DNA of 64,000 bases, from NCBI GenBank assembly GCA_040285825.1, contig JAUPSS010000004.1, forward strand, positions 62,001 to 126,000. Reading direction: 5' to 3'. Under the pieces are notes generated by a model. It saw only the letters and a list, made by a program, of their open reading frames with translations. It made no database searches and was not told where the DNA came from. The first letter of the stretch is position 1. Each line of letters begins with the position of its first letter. The translations under genes were made by a program, and so were the position numbers. The DNA is from Eukaryota sp. TZLM1-RC. Its lineage: Eukaryota; Protista; Metamonada: BaSk clade. Below are positions 48,190 to 59,067 of this stretch, piece by piece.

Positions 48190-48722
48190 AGTCTAAACTT
48201 TTGGTTGATGAAGATACGTTGAATTCTTTTGGTCGAAATAGAGGTGATTTAATGCTTGAAGGTCTTGAAGGGACTACCATGTTTACTGATGTGAGATCCA
48301 CTGATGTGCGTATTAATTCTTTCATACCAATAGCTCAGTCAAAAACACAAGAATCCGCTGTCTATTGCCGAAAACGCTAAAATTGATAAATATATAGCAA
48401 AGTTGATTGCTGAATCGCACACTCATTATGTCCTCTGTCCATTTGCTTTTTCCTTACATGGTACGCTTGGACTACTTGCCTTATCTTTCCTGGATCACTT
48501 TCTTGAAATCGTAAAAAGTGTACAGGAAGAATTTTTGACAAAACGTTTTGGCAGAACAGAATTGTATTTTCAATTTTTAAAGGTGTTGTTACCTTGTATT
48601 TTCTGCTTTATTATCTCTTGGTCGCTTTTATGAAGGAAAACTTCCAGTCAGTTCTTTTTTTCTGAGTTGGGATATGAAGAATTACAATTTTAAGTTTGTT
48701 GTTTCATTTCTCTTTGGAATAA
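48190..48722 (+). mobile_element. REL non-LTR 3' fragment
   Basis: RGDLML..TDVRSTD, KY, PFAFSLHGTLG; ends in AATAAA. Confidence 0.75.
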
Positions 48723-48889
48723 ACAAAATTAAATAGAAATATATGTAGTTTTTTAGACAACTTACAATCATTAATAAATATTCATAAGTCAAAAAAATTG
48801 TTTATCATATTTGCCAAATTGTTTGTTGTCTGTAGAAATTGTGTTGCTTGTGTTACTGTCAAACGCCGAACAATCAATGATAACATGAA

Positions 48890-49170
48890 TGAAGAAACAT
48901 TTTTTGGCTATATTTGTCCTTCAACATTAAAGTTCTTTACGTACTTTAAATAAGTTGGACATGACAGGTCTCGAACAAATTGAATTGTACCTTCTGGTTT
49001 AATAGATTTGTGTTTTTCATTTTAAACAATATTCCATTTAAGATCACTAAAGCTCTCTTAGCTATTGATGTGGAATATGAGCGAAATACGGTTAATGATT
49101 TTAGTTACTGGAATCTGTGTAATGAGGATATTAAATTTAAGATAGATTTGTGGTTTAATACAATTTTGGA
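48890..49170 (+). mobile_element. Decayed REL 3' fragment
   Basis: FWFNRFVF..KALLAIDVEYERN matches the tail of the 46405-46707 ORF. Confidence 0.65.
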
Positions 49171-49329
49171 GCTCCTTCAATTCTAGGATTCTGTACTATT
49201 GATTATCATTGTTTCTTTCTCTGTTGAGCGATTTTTTAAGCTTACATATAGAAGAAAAAAGTCTTTCATGTTCGACCACTTGAACAATTGCGCGTACAAT
49301 CTGCCAGCTGAATTGAGAAGACAAGTTTG

Positions 49330-50612
49330 TTAACCTTGTACTTTGCCGATTATGAGAACATTCTTGTTAAAAAGTCGGCTTATCAGTGTAGTGAACAAAA
49401 ACCATATTGCTCTTTTCGGGACACTTTTAAAAGATTAAAAACACGAAACTTTATTCAGAAAAGTCAAAGCACATCATATACATCATGTTCAGCATCGAGA
49501 CTGATGGAATAGCAGTATCATTCATTCAATCTACAATGGACTTGAATCAATACAAGGTTACAGCAAAGGAATTCAAAGTAAAGGGCAAATATAGTGATGA
49601 CTTTGATGTAAATTCTTTTCAAAATGAAGTATTGAGCCTTATTGCTGCTGATCCAGGTAAATCTGATCTACTGCATCTTTTGCAAATTTAGCTACTGCAA
49701 TGACTCAATCAAAAAAACCTGAAGGAGATAAGTATGTTCATTTCAGGTACACTCAAAATCAACGAAGATTTGAGTCGAAAAGTTCCAAATTCGAAAGAAT
49801 AACAGACACCATACGGAATGACACTCTTATCACAAGAAGTAATACTGGTAGATTAATTGATCTATCCAATTATGAGACTTCTAAACAGCAACAAAAAAAG
49901 GATGGATCAAAAGGATGGATTTAAACAGCAGTATAATTTTTCAAATGACTGAAAGAACAATTAGTTTATTAAGAGGAAAAGTACCTCAAGAAATCAATAT
50001 TCCCCACGAAATCGATTACTCATTCAATTTGAGAAATAATGATCAAAAAAACTAAATCTACAGCAGAATGGGAAGCAACTTTATCCCAATTCAATTCCAA
50101 AAGCTGCAGGTTTGATAGATTTATGGCATATATTAAACAAAAGAATTAGGTGAATAGTATTGTTGGTGAAGTCTATCATCAAAAAATATTTAGAAAACCA
50201 AGATGGTGGACTGATTAATCGCACAAGATCTTGTGCAAAGATGATTCAAATCAGTAATTGGTGATCCCAGCCAAGTAGTGATTGGAATCGGATACTGGGA
50301 ACAACGAAAACACAAGAAATTCAAAGAGAATACCAAAGGAAAAGGGTAGAAAATTCTATTTAAAAAGGCTGGTTATAAGGTTTTCTTGGTTGATGAGTTT
50401 CCAACCAGTTGCTGTTGTTTCAACTGTAAGAAAGCGGAGAAAACAGTTGAAAAATTCCGATTGTGCAGAAATCCAGATGTCTATTCGTCACAGGCTTACC
50501 ATGTGTAAATCATGCGAAAGTTTGTGGAATAGAGATCGAAATGCTTCGCTCAATATGTTGGCAGTGATGGAAGAACATGTTAATGGTGGACATAGAACGG
50601 AATACTGCAGAG
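49330..50612 (+). pseudogene. Fanzor1-type (TnpB-family) RNA-guided nuclease, frameshifted
   Basis: IETDGIAVS; AADPG (RuvC-I D at 49650); RYTQNQRR; KIFRK.RW; GYW..K; GYKVFLVDEFPTSCCCFNC (RuvC-II E at 50395); CKSC..WNRDRNASLN (RuvC-III D at 50534); G.HRTEY tail. Confidence 0.85.
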
Positions 50613-50717
50613 AGTCAAGGTTGACAGATGAAAATCTTCCATTTCTGAGTTCTCAGACCTTCCCACATCGGTGTAAACGGGACACTTATTTCATTGTTGT
50701 AGACATAATCCATTTCA

Positions 50718-51713
50718 ATGAGTGAAACATCTCTTCTAATCAACTATGACAAGAAGAATCTTTCAAAGGTTCAACGAAAGCTACCTAAATCTCGTTATAA
50801 AATCAAGAATGTGAAACTGGCCACTTTCTTATCATACATTGGAATTGTGTGGATCTGCGCTGGATATGTCAACAATAGTTATCTCCGTAGTACACGATAT
50901 CATGTGAGTAACTTCTTCCTATCATCTTACACTGAGGTCGTGGTTATGTTGCTCTTTGGTCTATGGAGAATATACTCTGCCAATATCAAATCTGATCGTG
51001 CCAGAATGTATGTTGTTGTTCTCGGCACTGTATTTTTATACATGATGCTTCCACTCATCACTAATAGACTTGGGCTCAGTGTTCCTTATCCCTTCCTGGA
51101 GAAGGAGACCGGATTCAATGGAGTTCATGCACCTGGAGCAGTTACTTTCTGGATTTGGGGTTTGCTTATGATCTTTTTCGGTAGACGTCTGGACTGTGGA
51201 CTCATCTGTACTTGTGTCTCAACAAGAGAAACTGTTGGTTTTGTTTTCCGTAAGAATACAAAAAAAGGCCACTTTTGGAACAAGTTCATCTATCTCAAGT
51301 ATGTTGTCATGGTTTATATGTTTCTGATGATTATCACAATGTATACACCTCTATTTTCCATCAATTTTTCCAATTCCATCACCAAGTACTGGCATGTTGT
51401 GCCTGATGCTTACTTTATTTCACTCTTTTTAATGCCAATTTTTGGTAATAGGTCATTTTGTAGATGGTTATGTCCGTTTGGCGCCATGTACTCGATGATC
51501 GGGAAAGTTTCCATGTACAAGCTCACTGTTGATCCTACGAAGTGTGTAGGATGTAGAAAATGTGATGTGGACTGTGATATGGGAATTTTGCTTAGTGAAC
51601 AGATCTCTGAGGCAAAAGACAAGGGCAAAACCGTCCTTAAACTTCGAAACACTGAATGTATGGGGTGTTTACGTTGTGTGGATGGTTGTCCTAAGGGAGC
51701 GATTGCTTATTAG
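50718..51713 (+). CDS. Multi-pass membrane 4Fe-4S binding protein (NapH/MauN-like polyferredoxin)
   Basis: Several hydrophobic helices; GRRLDCGLICTC and RSFCRWLCPFG motifs; two C-terminal CxxCxxCxxxC ferredoxin motifs; intronless. Confidence 0.9.
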   Translation: MSETSLLINYDKKNLSKVQRKLPKSRYKIKNVKLATFLSYIGIVWICAGYVNNSYLRSTRYHVSNFFLSSYTEVVVMLLFGLWRIYSANIKSDRARMYVVVLGTVFLYMMLPLITNRLGLSVPYPFLEKETGFNGVHAPGAVTFWIWGLLMIFFGRRLDCGLICTCVSTRETVGFVFRKNTKKGHFWNKFIYLKYVVMVYMFLMIITMYTPLFSINFSNSITKYWHVVPDAYFISLFLMPIFGNRSFCRWLCPFGAMYSMIGKVSMYKLTVDPTKCVGCRKCDVDCDMGILLSEQISEAKDKGKTVLKLRNTECMGCLRCVDGCPKGAIAY

Positions 51714-52544
51714 GTTGTTCATTTATGTTGCTGCATGTGAGAGGCTTTTGTAATTACAGCTTTGATGCAGTTTTATAAATTATTGTATGATTGTTTTTAA
51801 CCCTGTTTGTTAATTTGATAAATGCTTGTTGACTGCTTTGAAAATTGGTTCTTGCAACATGGAAACAAATAATATAATATTCTATAATTCAAGCAATTGA
51901 TTCGGAATTCTTTTTATCACAGACTAGATACACTTCTGAAATTACCATTTTGAAATCTGTTCTGACCCGTTACCAAATGGAAAATCCAATTGCTTACCTG
52001 ACTGTGTTGTTGAGTTTGTCCAGAAATTCTTCTTCATCAGCTGCTGGTCTCGACCAGTTGCCTTATGTGGTGTGCAAAAGTGTCCCATCTTGATTGCTAA
52101 TAATTCTTTATACATTTAACAGAATATTTGAAGCTCTATATACCATTTGGCATTCAGTTGACGATGTTTGAAACATGAGGGTGAGGGTGCAGCCTGTTTT
52201 TCACAACTATTTTTTTTGTTTTCCCGAACAGTAGGTACTTAATAATCTGCCGTCTCTATATCATGATTTTTACAACATAGATAGTTGCTCAATAATTCAA
52301 TCTTATTGTGAAAAATATAATTCCCCAAAAAAATACAGCAGTGCTGTATAGCACTCATGGCCAGTAAGTGGTTTTTCAATCATTCACCAATTTGTAATTG
52401 AATTTGAAGGAGTCATTAAATTTAGATGCTACGTTAATCTCAAATGTTGTTGTTGTTTGTCTGTTTAAAAGAAGATCAATGATTGGTCTGATTATATGAC
52501 ATTAGGTTACTTCGTAGCTAAATTACATCTCACAATTGTGGAAG

Positions 52545-52870
52545 TCGTTCATACCATTAGCTGAATCGCATACTCATTATGTGCTTTGTTCATTCGCTTT
52601 CCCTAAATGGCACGCTTGGACCTCTTTTTTATTTTTCCTGGATGATTTAGTTGAAATTGTAAAACAACGAATAGGATGGGGTCCTGACGAAACATTTTGG
52701 CAGAACAGAACTGAATTTTCAATTTTTAAAGGTTTTGGTGCCCTATTATCTTCTGCTTTAATATTTCTTGGTCGTTTTTACCAAGGAAAAATTTGCAGTC
52801 TTTTTTGTCGGCTGATTTGGAATATGAAGAATTAGAATTTAAAGTTTGTTGCTTAGATTTTCGATGAATT
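52545..52870 (+). mobile_element. REL 3' fragment related to 48190-48722
   Basis: AESHTHYVLC.FAF...FWQNR..FSIFKG. Confidence 0.7.
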
Positions 52871-53084
52871 ACATTAAAAATTGTGTTTATAAAAACAGTT
52901 GTGGAGAAAATCACAATTTTTGTCAAGTATTTTCACAGATTTTGGTTGTCATTTGTGGGGCGAAAATATTTCATCTTAAATCAGATGAAACAAAATAACC
53001 AACAAAGTAATGGACAAATTGATTAAAGAATCATTATGCTAATTCACCTATTTCATGTTGAATTTTTTTAAATAATAATTATTT

Positions 53085-53460
53085 AATCAACCTATAATTC
53101 ATCGTCTAGCAAATTCATCTCTCCCACATCAAAACAAATAGATTCAACTCTCTCATAGTCAGATCCAAGAGACAGCCTAGCATCAGAAACCATCTTCAAT
53201 TTCTGCTCAAAAATAGACAACACAATTCTATTTTGCTAAAACAATCTGTTGAAATTTCCATTGGTCCATGTCTTTACAATCACTTGAAAATCTTCCAAAA
53301 AACGCAGAGCCGAAAGAGCAAGTGAACCAAATAGAGAACATAAAAACGGAAACAAGTTGTATTTTTCATGCTATTGGGTAGACAATTTGGACAAAGCTTG
53401 GCATAGTTGACATTTTCAGCGTTTGATAGAGGATTACGAATTTCAGAATTAGCAAGCCTT
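53085..53460 (-). mobile_element. REL 3' fragment related to 36438-36820
   Basis: RLANSEIRNPLSNAEN vs RLVNSEIHNPLSNAEN; shared tail MVSDA..SLGS.YERV. Confidence 0.8.
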
Positions 53461-53469
53461 CCCAGATTA

Positions 53470-55119
53470 ATGCATCCAGACACTACCTTCTCATTGGAAG
53501 ACACTACCTTCTCATTGGAAGCGTTGAAATGTGGGTTTTGTTCGCAACTGTTTTCTGATCCTGTCTCTTTACCATGTGGTCATAACTTTTGTTCATTCTG
53601 CCTGGAGCAATCTCTCGAACACTCTCGATCGTGTCCTCTTTGTAAAACTATCATATCTGTAGGCCTTGAATTTCACCCCAATCTAGCATTGCAGCAATCT
53701 CTTAACTTACTGAAATCACTGAACACAGAAAATGGCGGCCTGCGAACAGAGTTGTCAATTCAGGAAACACAGCGTACTCAACAATTAAGAACTGCACAAG
53801 CCTTTCAAAATCACTTAAAATCACGTATAGAAAATCTTTCTTCTGAACTAGAAACTGTGCGTGATGACCTAGTCATTAAGTCGGAAGAATTAAGGCTACA
53901 TGAGCAGAGAATCAAGGAGTTGGAAAAAGAATTACATCCTTCATTAGCAGTATCTAACCATTCAGGAAAATTTCAACCACATACCACATTAGAAGCCATG
54001 CGGACGGAAATTTTGGGCTATAACCAAAAATTCAACCAACAACTGGAACAACTGACTACAATACATCAGAAGCAATCAATTGAAATTTCTGATTTTCAGC
54101 AATGTACCAATGTCGAACTCACTCGCCTAAGAACGATGTTTGAGCAAAAACTTGGTGATTTAAAAATACAACTACAACAATTTTCTCAAAACAATCGTGA
54201 AGATTTTACTTTTAAATCTGTTGAAAGCGAATATGAAACGAATGATGGGGAATGTTGTGATGATCATATTGATATTTCATCACCCGACCAAGAAATCAGT
54301 GAAGAAATCAGTGGTAAAAGGGCTCGATTGGAAGGAAGTACATTTCAACCCCAAAAGAAGCCAAATTTAGAGTCTTCTGCATTAGATTTGGGCGTTAGTG
54401 GTACCTCTGAAGAATTAAGCCAAACACCTCTTTTTAAACAGTTGTTTGGCCCAGTTGATCAAGTTGAAACTCAACCACTCACTTCCGAAAATTGTCAGAT
54501 ATTGAGCACTAACCTGCCAAATTTTGATAATCTCACCAATAGGGAAATATTTACCCAAGCCACTCATTATTTTGATGACAACAAGTTAGAACTGGCTTTC
54601 CTTTGGTTTCAAAAGGCTGCTGAAACTGGTTGTGTTGATTCCATGGCGGCCTTGGGGTTTTGCTTTTTGGAGGGTTTTGGTGTTGATCAAGATTATGAAA
54701 AAGGTTTTCTTTGGTCTAAGAAAGCAGCCCACGGAGGTAACTCTGGTGCAATGACTAATTTAGGTAGATGTTATTGTATCGGTCTTGGTGTTGAACAAAA
54801 CCAAAAAGACGCTATCTATTGGTTTGAGAAGGGTTCTGATGCTGGAGATAGCGACTCCATGAGTAATTTGGGTGATTGTTATTATTTAGGTCAAGGAACC
54901 AAACAAAACTTTAAATATGCAGCTTTTTACTACCAAAAAGCAGCTGAATTGGGTGATGAATATGGAATGTATGGATTGGGTTTATGCTTGGAAAACGGAA
55001 AAGGTCTTTCAAAAGACCTTGAACTTGCTGTTAAATGGTTTGAAAAATCAAGTATTGCTGGCTATGCAAAAGCTGCTGAAAAATTAGAAAATTATAAAAA
55101 ACATTTTAACATATCATAG
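53470..55119 (+). CDS. RING-HC (C3HC4) - coiled coil - SEL1-like repeat protein, putative E3 ligase
   Basis: CGFC..CGH.FC..C..CPLC; heptad-rich middle; ~5 SEL1 repeats (A..W..KAA..G...AM..LG.CY..G.G). ATG 53470 preferred over TTG 53407, which lies in the antisense retro fragment. Confidence 0.9.
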   Translation: MHPDTTFSLEDTTFSLEALKCGFCSQLFSDPVSLPCGHNFCSFCLEQSLEHSRSCPLCKTIISVGLEFHPNLALQQSLNLLKSLNTENGGLRTELSIQETQRTQQLRTAQAFQNHLKSRIENLSSELETVRDDLVIKSEELRLHEQRIKELEKELHPSLAVSNHSGKFQPHTTLEAMRTEILGYNQKFNQQLEQLTTIHQKQSIEISDFQQCTNVELTRLRTMFEQKLGDLKIQLQQFSQNNREDFTFKSVESEYETNDGECCDDHIDISSPDQEISEEISGKRARLEGSTFQPQKKPNLESSALDLGVSGTSEELSQTPLFKQLFGPVDQVETQPLTSENCQILSTNLPNFDNLTNREIFTQATHYFDDNKLELAFLWFQKAAETGCVDSMAALGFCFLEGFGVDQDYEKGFLWSKKAAHGGNSGAMTNLGRCYCIGLGVEQNQKDAIYWFEKGSDAGDSDSMSNLGDCYYLGQGTKQNFKYAAFYYQKAAELGDEYGMYGLGLCLENGKGLSKDLELAVKWFEKSSIAGYAKAAEKLENYKKHFNIS

Positions 55120-56229
55120 GGGTTTTTGACCAATACATAATGTAAAATTGGTGGAAAAATTGGTCGTAGTCAAATAGATTTCCTGAATGTGTGTATTAGT
55201 CTTGTTTCAGATAAAACATTTCTAATCAAGACAGTTATTGTTGCTTCAACTAAATAATGAATAAGGACTGGAATTACTGAGTAAGAAGTAAAAAATTTGT
55301 AATTGAATAGTAATTGTGGCAGTTGCTCAAAATGAGAACGGGAAGGCACTTGATTGTAATAGAAATAAAATAAAATTCTGTGAAATGTACATAACAAATA
55401 ATGCTTTACAGCAACCAAAAATGTTTTCCCTGAATCAGTTAATACATAGAAAAAACCTCGGAAGATGTTGTTCTTAGTTTTAATAATTGCTTCTTCTTCA
55501 ATTCATAACACGAACTGTTCCAGTAGTATCGTACAAAATTATGTTGCTAAATACAAGAAATGTAAATTGAACATCCAACCTATAACAATTCCGTGACTTC
55601 ACACTCAAATTTGATTTTACAAATGTAGCTTTCAATCTTGTTCATCTAACATTATCTACACATGAAGCAGCACTTCTGTAGATACAGAAGGTTAACAAAA
55701 TTCCAAATTTCAACCTGGTTCTCCTTATGTCTGCCCACTAAACATATGGTGTGAATGGACATTTAGTCAAGGTTTAATGGTAAAATACTTTATTGTGAAG
55801 AATAATTTGTTACTGCTGTGAAAAGCTAAACAATGAACATTATTGATATGTAACACTGCTCTTCTTAAGCGTTTTTGACTAACACTTGCATGATAAACCG
55901 GCTTCTTCAAAACGAGTATGAGTGTTAATCAACAGTTAAAATAGTTCACTTAAATTCAACTCAATTTGCTCTCTCTAAGGTGGATCAAGGTGGTTTACTT
56001 ATTAAATATTAATAGAGCAGAAAATGATTACAAAATCACAACTGTGACGTATATATATTTATATATATTTTTCATAACCAATACTTAAACATATTTACTC
56101 TTCTTAGTTTCAACCTCTTTTTTATATTCGTAATGATTTAAGTAATTCCAAGTAAACTTTTAATAATAAATAAATACCAAAATTTGATTTACTCACTTTA
56201 TTATTTTCCAATATTTCTATAATTTAGTT

Positions 56230-58010
56230 AATAAAAGATTTATAAGCACCCAAAGTACCAAAGTCAGGCTTCATATTTCCTAGAAAAATCAATTGCATCA
56301 GAACTGAAGGAAATCATTCGACGGTTTGATATACAAAGTTATAGCAAAACCAAATAGAAAACCAATCTGCTATTGTAAACTTTCCTCAGCAAAACAAGAA
56401 AATGATCTTGAAAGACAAATCAACCAAATGCAACAATTATATCCAAACATACAGAATTATTCCCCATATTACTTTTGAACAAAACAACTAAACAAAAAAC
56501 AAGAACTCAATATCCTCAATACACGCTTCAACATCATCAAATCTCTTCAGTGCGCGATTTTCCTACTCAATTTCTAATTGTAACAGTGCTTTGGTTATCA
56601 TTTCAGGAATTGATTTAAGTATACTAAAAACAATTCTATTGTGCCAGAAATTGAAGTTCAACTCTTTTCCTTCTTTTTGTTTCATTAAACATATGGAACC
56701 TTCAAGATATTTAATACCAGTTATTCCAATGTTACCAAAAAGAGATACAGCAAATGGAACCAGCTCAACACTTTCAACACGCCCAAGCTGAGATAAGGGC
56801 TCCTTGTACTTTTTGATTTTGCTCTTTTCAGCAAATCAAAGTGGAGTTTCATCTTTTTTAGCAGAATCAATTGCTGATTCTTTACAAACATCAACAGTGA
56901 CAACATCAACAACTTTGATCACACCTTCAGACCGAGCAGTAATTAAATCAGCACGGCGTTTCCCTAAAGTATTATCATCTTCATTTTCAGGTGACAATTT
57001 ACGCACAAGTGGTTCAACAAAAGCTTCAATATGGTGGCTTTTGCACATGGTATACAGTTGGTCTCTGACAGCATCACGGACAACTGAGCGTTATTTAGTA
57101 TTAAATTTACAATTAAATCAATGATTCAAAGTAATAATTTGACCACAACGGCAAATCAAATCATTTGGACCACTGCATGGTCACAAAAAACCTCATCCTT
57201 AGGGCAGTTTTCCATTGATGGTCATTTAACAATAAACCATAACCATTTGGAAATCTGGGAAATGAAACAACTTGAACTACTTTCCTTAAGATCAATTAAA
57301 AAGTTCGCAAGAACGGTATTCCTTTTTGTAGCCAAGCTAAGACGAACAGTCAAGTCCAAGTTTTCAAAAACTTTCAATATCTTTTTCTGCAATTTGGCGT
57401 ATGTAAATCGCAAGGAAACCAAACTTCTGGGTGAAATATATTGAATATCGGCAAAACAGCATTTGGACCAGATGTAAGGAGAGAAGCATTCAATTTCATT
57501 TTGCACAGATACTAAATAATCACTAACACAATGTTCTATTCAATGTTGGTTTTCAAGAAAACGTTTCAACAATTCAAAGATGAGATTTTTGCATCCACCA
57601 ATGAATGCAGCTTTACACAAAAATTTAAATAATATTTAAGTGAATAATATTTAGATTTGTGTAGGTAACCAATAATATTTAGATAAAATAAATAAGTATT
57701 TTGTGAAAATCTAGGCCCCTCAATACTGTGTTACATTATTGGATCAGGAATTGATGCGGAAACGAAGGAAATGTGTCAACTGCTGGAGCAAGTCAGTGAA
57801 AGAGAAATTTCAGAAATTGTGGTCGCACATAGAGACAGACTTGCAAGATTTGCATTCAAAGTCATCGAATTTATATGTGGATTGTATGAAACAAAAATCG
57901 TGGTTCTCATTAAAGACAGCGAAAAATCAACAGAACAGAAACTCGCAGATGACTTTCTTTAAACCGTTCATATCTTCAATTGTAGACAAATGGGTAGACG
58001 AAGGTTCAAA
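56230..58010 (+). pseudogene. tnpA: IS607-like serine recombinase, split by an insertion (56230-56470 + 57741-58010)
   Basis: KINCIRTEGNH, ICYCKLSSAKQENDLERQ, IIPHI|GSGI, IVVAHRDRLARF, STEQKLADD, VHIFNCRQMGRR. Confidence 0.8.
56471..57740 (-). mobile_element. Insertion in the recombinase: decayed REL non-LTR fragment (~56480-57625) plus an AT-rich segment
   Basis: LCKAAFIGG, DAVRDQL, VEP, RRADL, VDVVTVD, PFAVSLFG; TATT at both junctions. Confidence 0.8.
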
Positions 58011-58086
58011 AGCAGGAAAGGTGAGAATTTATTCATCGAAGTTACAGAAGAAAATTCTTGGTAAATGGATTGGTTGCTTCATCTAC
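58005..58086 (+). pseudogene. tnpB: N-terminal fragment of TnpB/Fanzor2 downstream of the IS607-like recombinase
   Basis: KAGKVRIYSSKLQKKILGKWIGC resembles the K.RIYP...Q...L..W.G start of TnpB; overlaps the recombinase end; the rest is missing. Confidence 0.55.
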
Positions 58087-58249
58087 CAAACAGGCCTTTT
58101 TACAGTTAAAGAAAAACTAAATACTAGAGACGATGTCCCCTATCTTAGCACCTCATGACACATAAGAGAACCCTAACAGTAACGATGTCTATTTATTGCC
58201 AATAATTTATGAAATTGGCTTCAATTTACTTAGTTTGTGTTGATTTGAA

Positions 58250-58980
58250 ACTTTTTTAAAAATTAGGGTTAAATTTGCAGTAATAGGACATCATTGAGTG
58301 AGACTCAATTATGCATCGTGGCCTAAGAATACATATAACAAAATGCCGCTTCTTACAGTAAACCATGACAGCATATCATATCGAGTAGATTCTTTTTTGG
58401 AGCCTTTGCTATCGAAATTAATTTTTGATGACCCCAAATATTGATAGTACGCGCTACAATAGAGCTGCTTGGAGTCTGACAAGAGTTGATTTGGTTGTTC
58501 CCGGCTTAAATGGTAGTTTTACTATTTTAGACGCCATGTCAATAGAACCTTGTAATTCTTCAACCAACATTTCATTAACTCAGATGTAAATAACTCTCTT
58601 CTTGCTTAGGAAAAATACAAAATTGCTAAATACGCAAAACCCATTTCCTCTGTAAATGAAAATTCTCATGCCCAATATAATTTACATCCATTTGTTTTTT
58701 CCTTACTTGGAACTTTAGGTAAGGCTGATATGGCTTTCCTCCAGGATTTTGATGTAGTTGTAAAGGAAAGAACTGGAAGAAACTTCAACTGTGTTCATTA
58801 GCAAAACAGGATTGTATTTTCTATTTTTAAGGGATTAATTTCTGATTCACTCTCTTCTTTTGGGAAATTTTCTGAATCTTTAATTAATTGTTTTGATGTA
58901 AGAGAGGCAGGTTTTGAGCATGTGGAGCTTTAGTTGTGTGTTTGTTGATTGTTTTATTCCTTGATCGATAAATAAATATA
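58250..58980 (+). mobile_element. Decayed REL 3' fragment
   Basis: HRVDSFLEPLLS, RVDLVVPG, LDAMS, KY, HPFVFSLLG, NRIVFSIFKG; ends in AATAAA. Confidence 0.8.
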
Positions 58981-59067
58981 AAAAAAATTGGAATTGTGAA
59001 TTGAAAAAACGTTGAAACTTAAATGAGAAACTGACGGATGAATAAGTCAGTAAATCTATATAATTAA

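Noticed and set aside
53407-53469. N-terminal extension of the RING protein from TTG 53407
   Set aside because: It is the antisense of a REL fragment; ATG 53470 is the plausible start.
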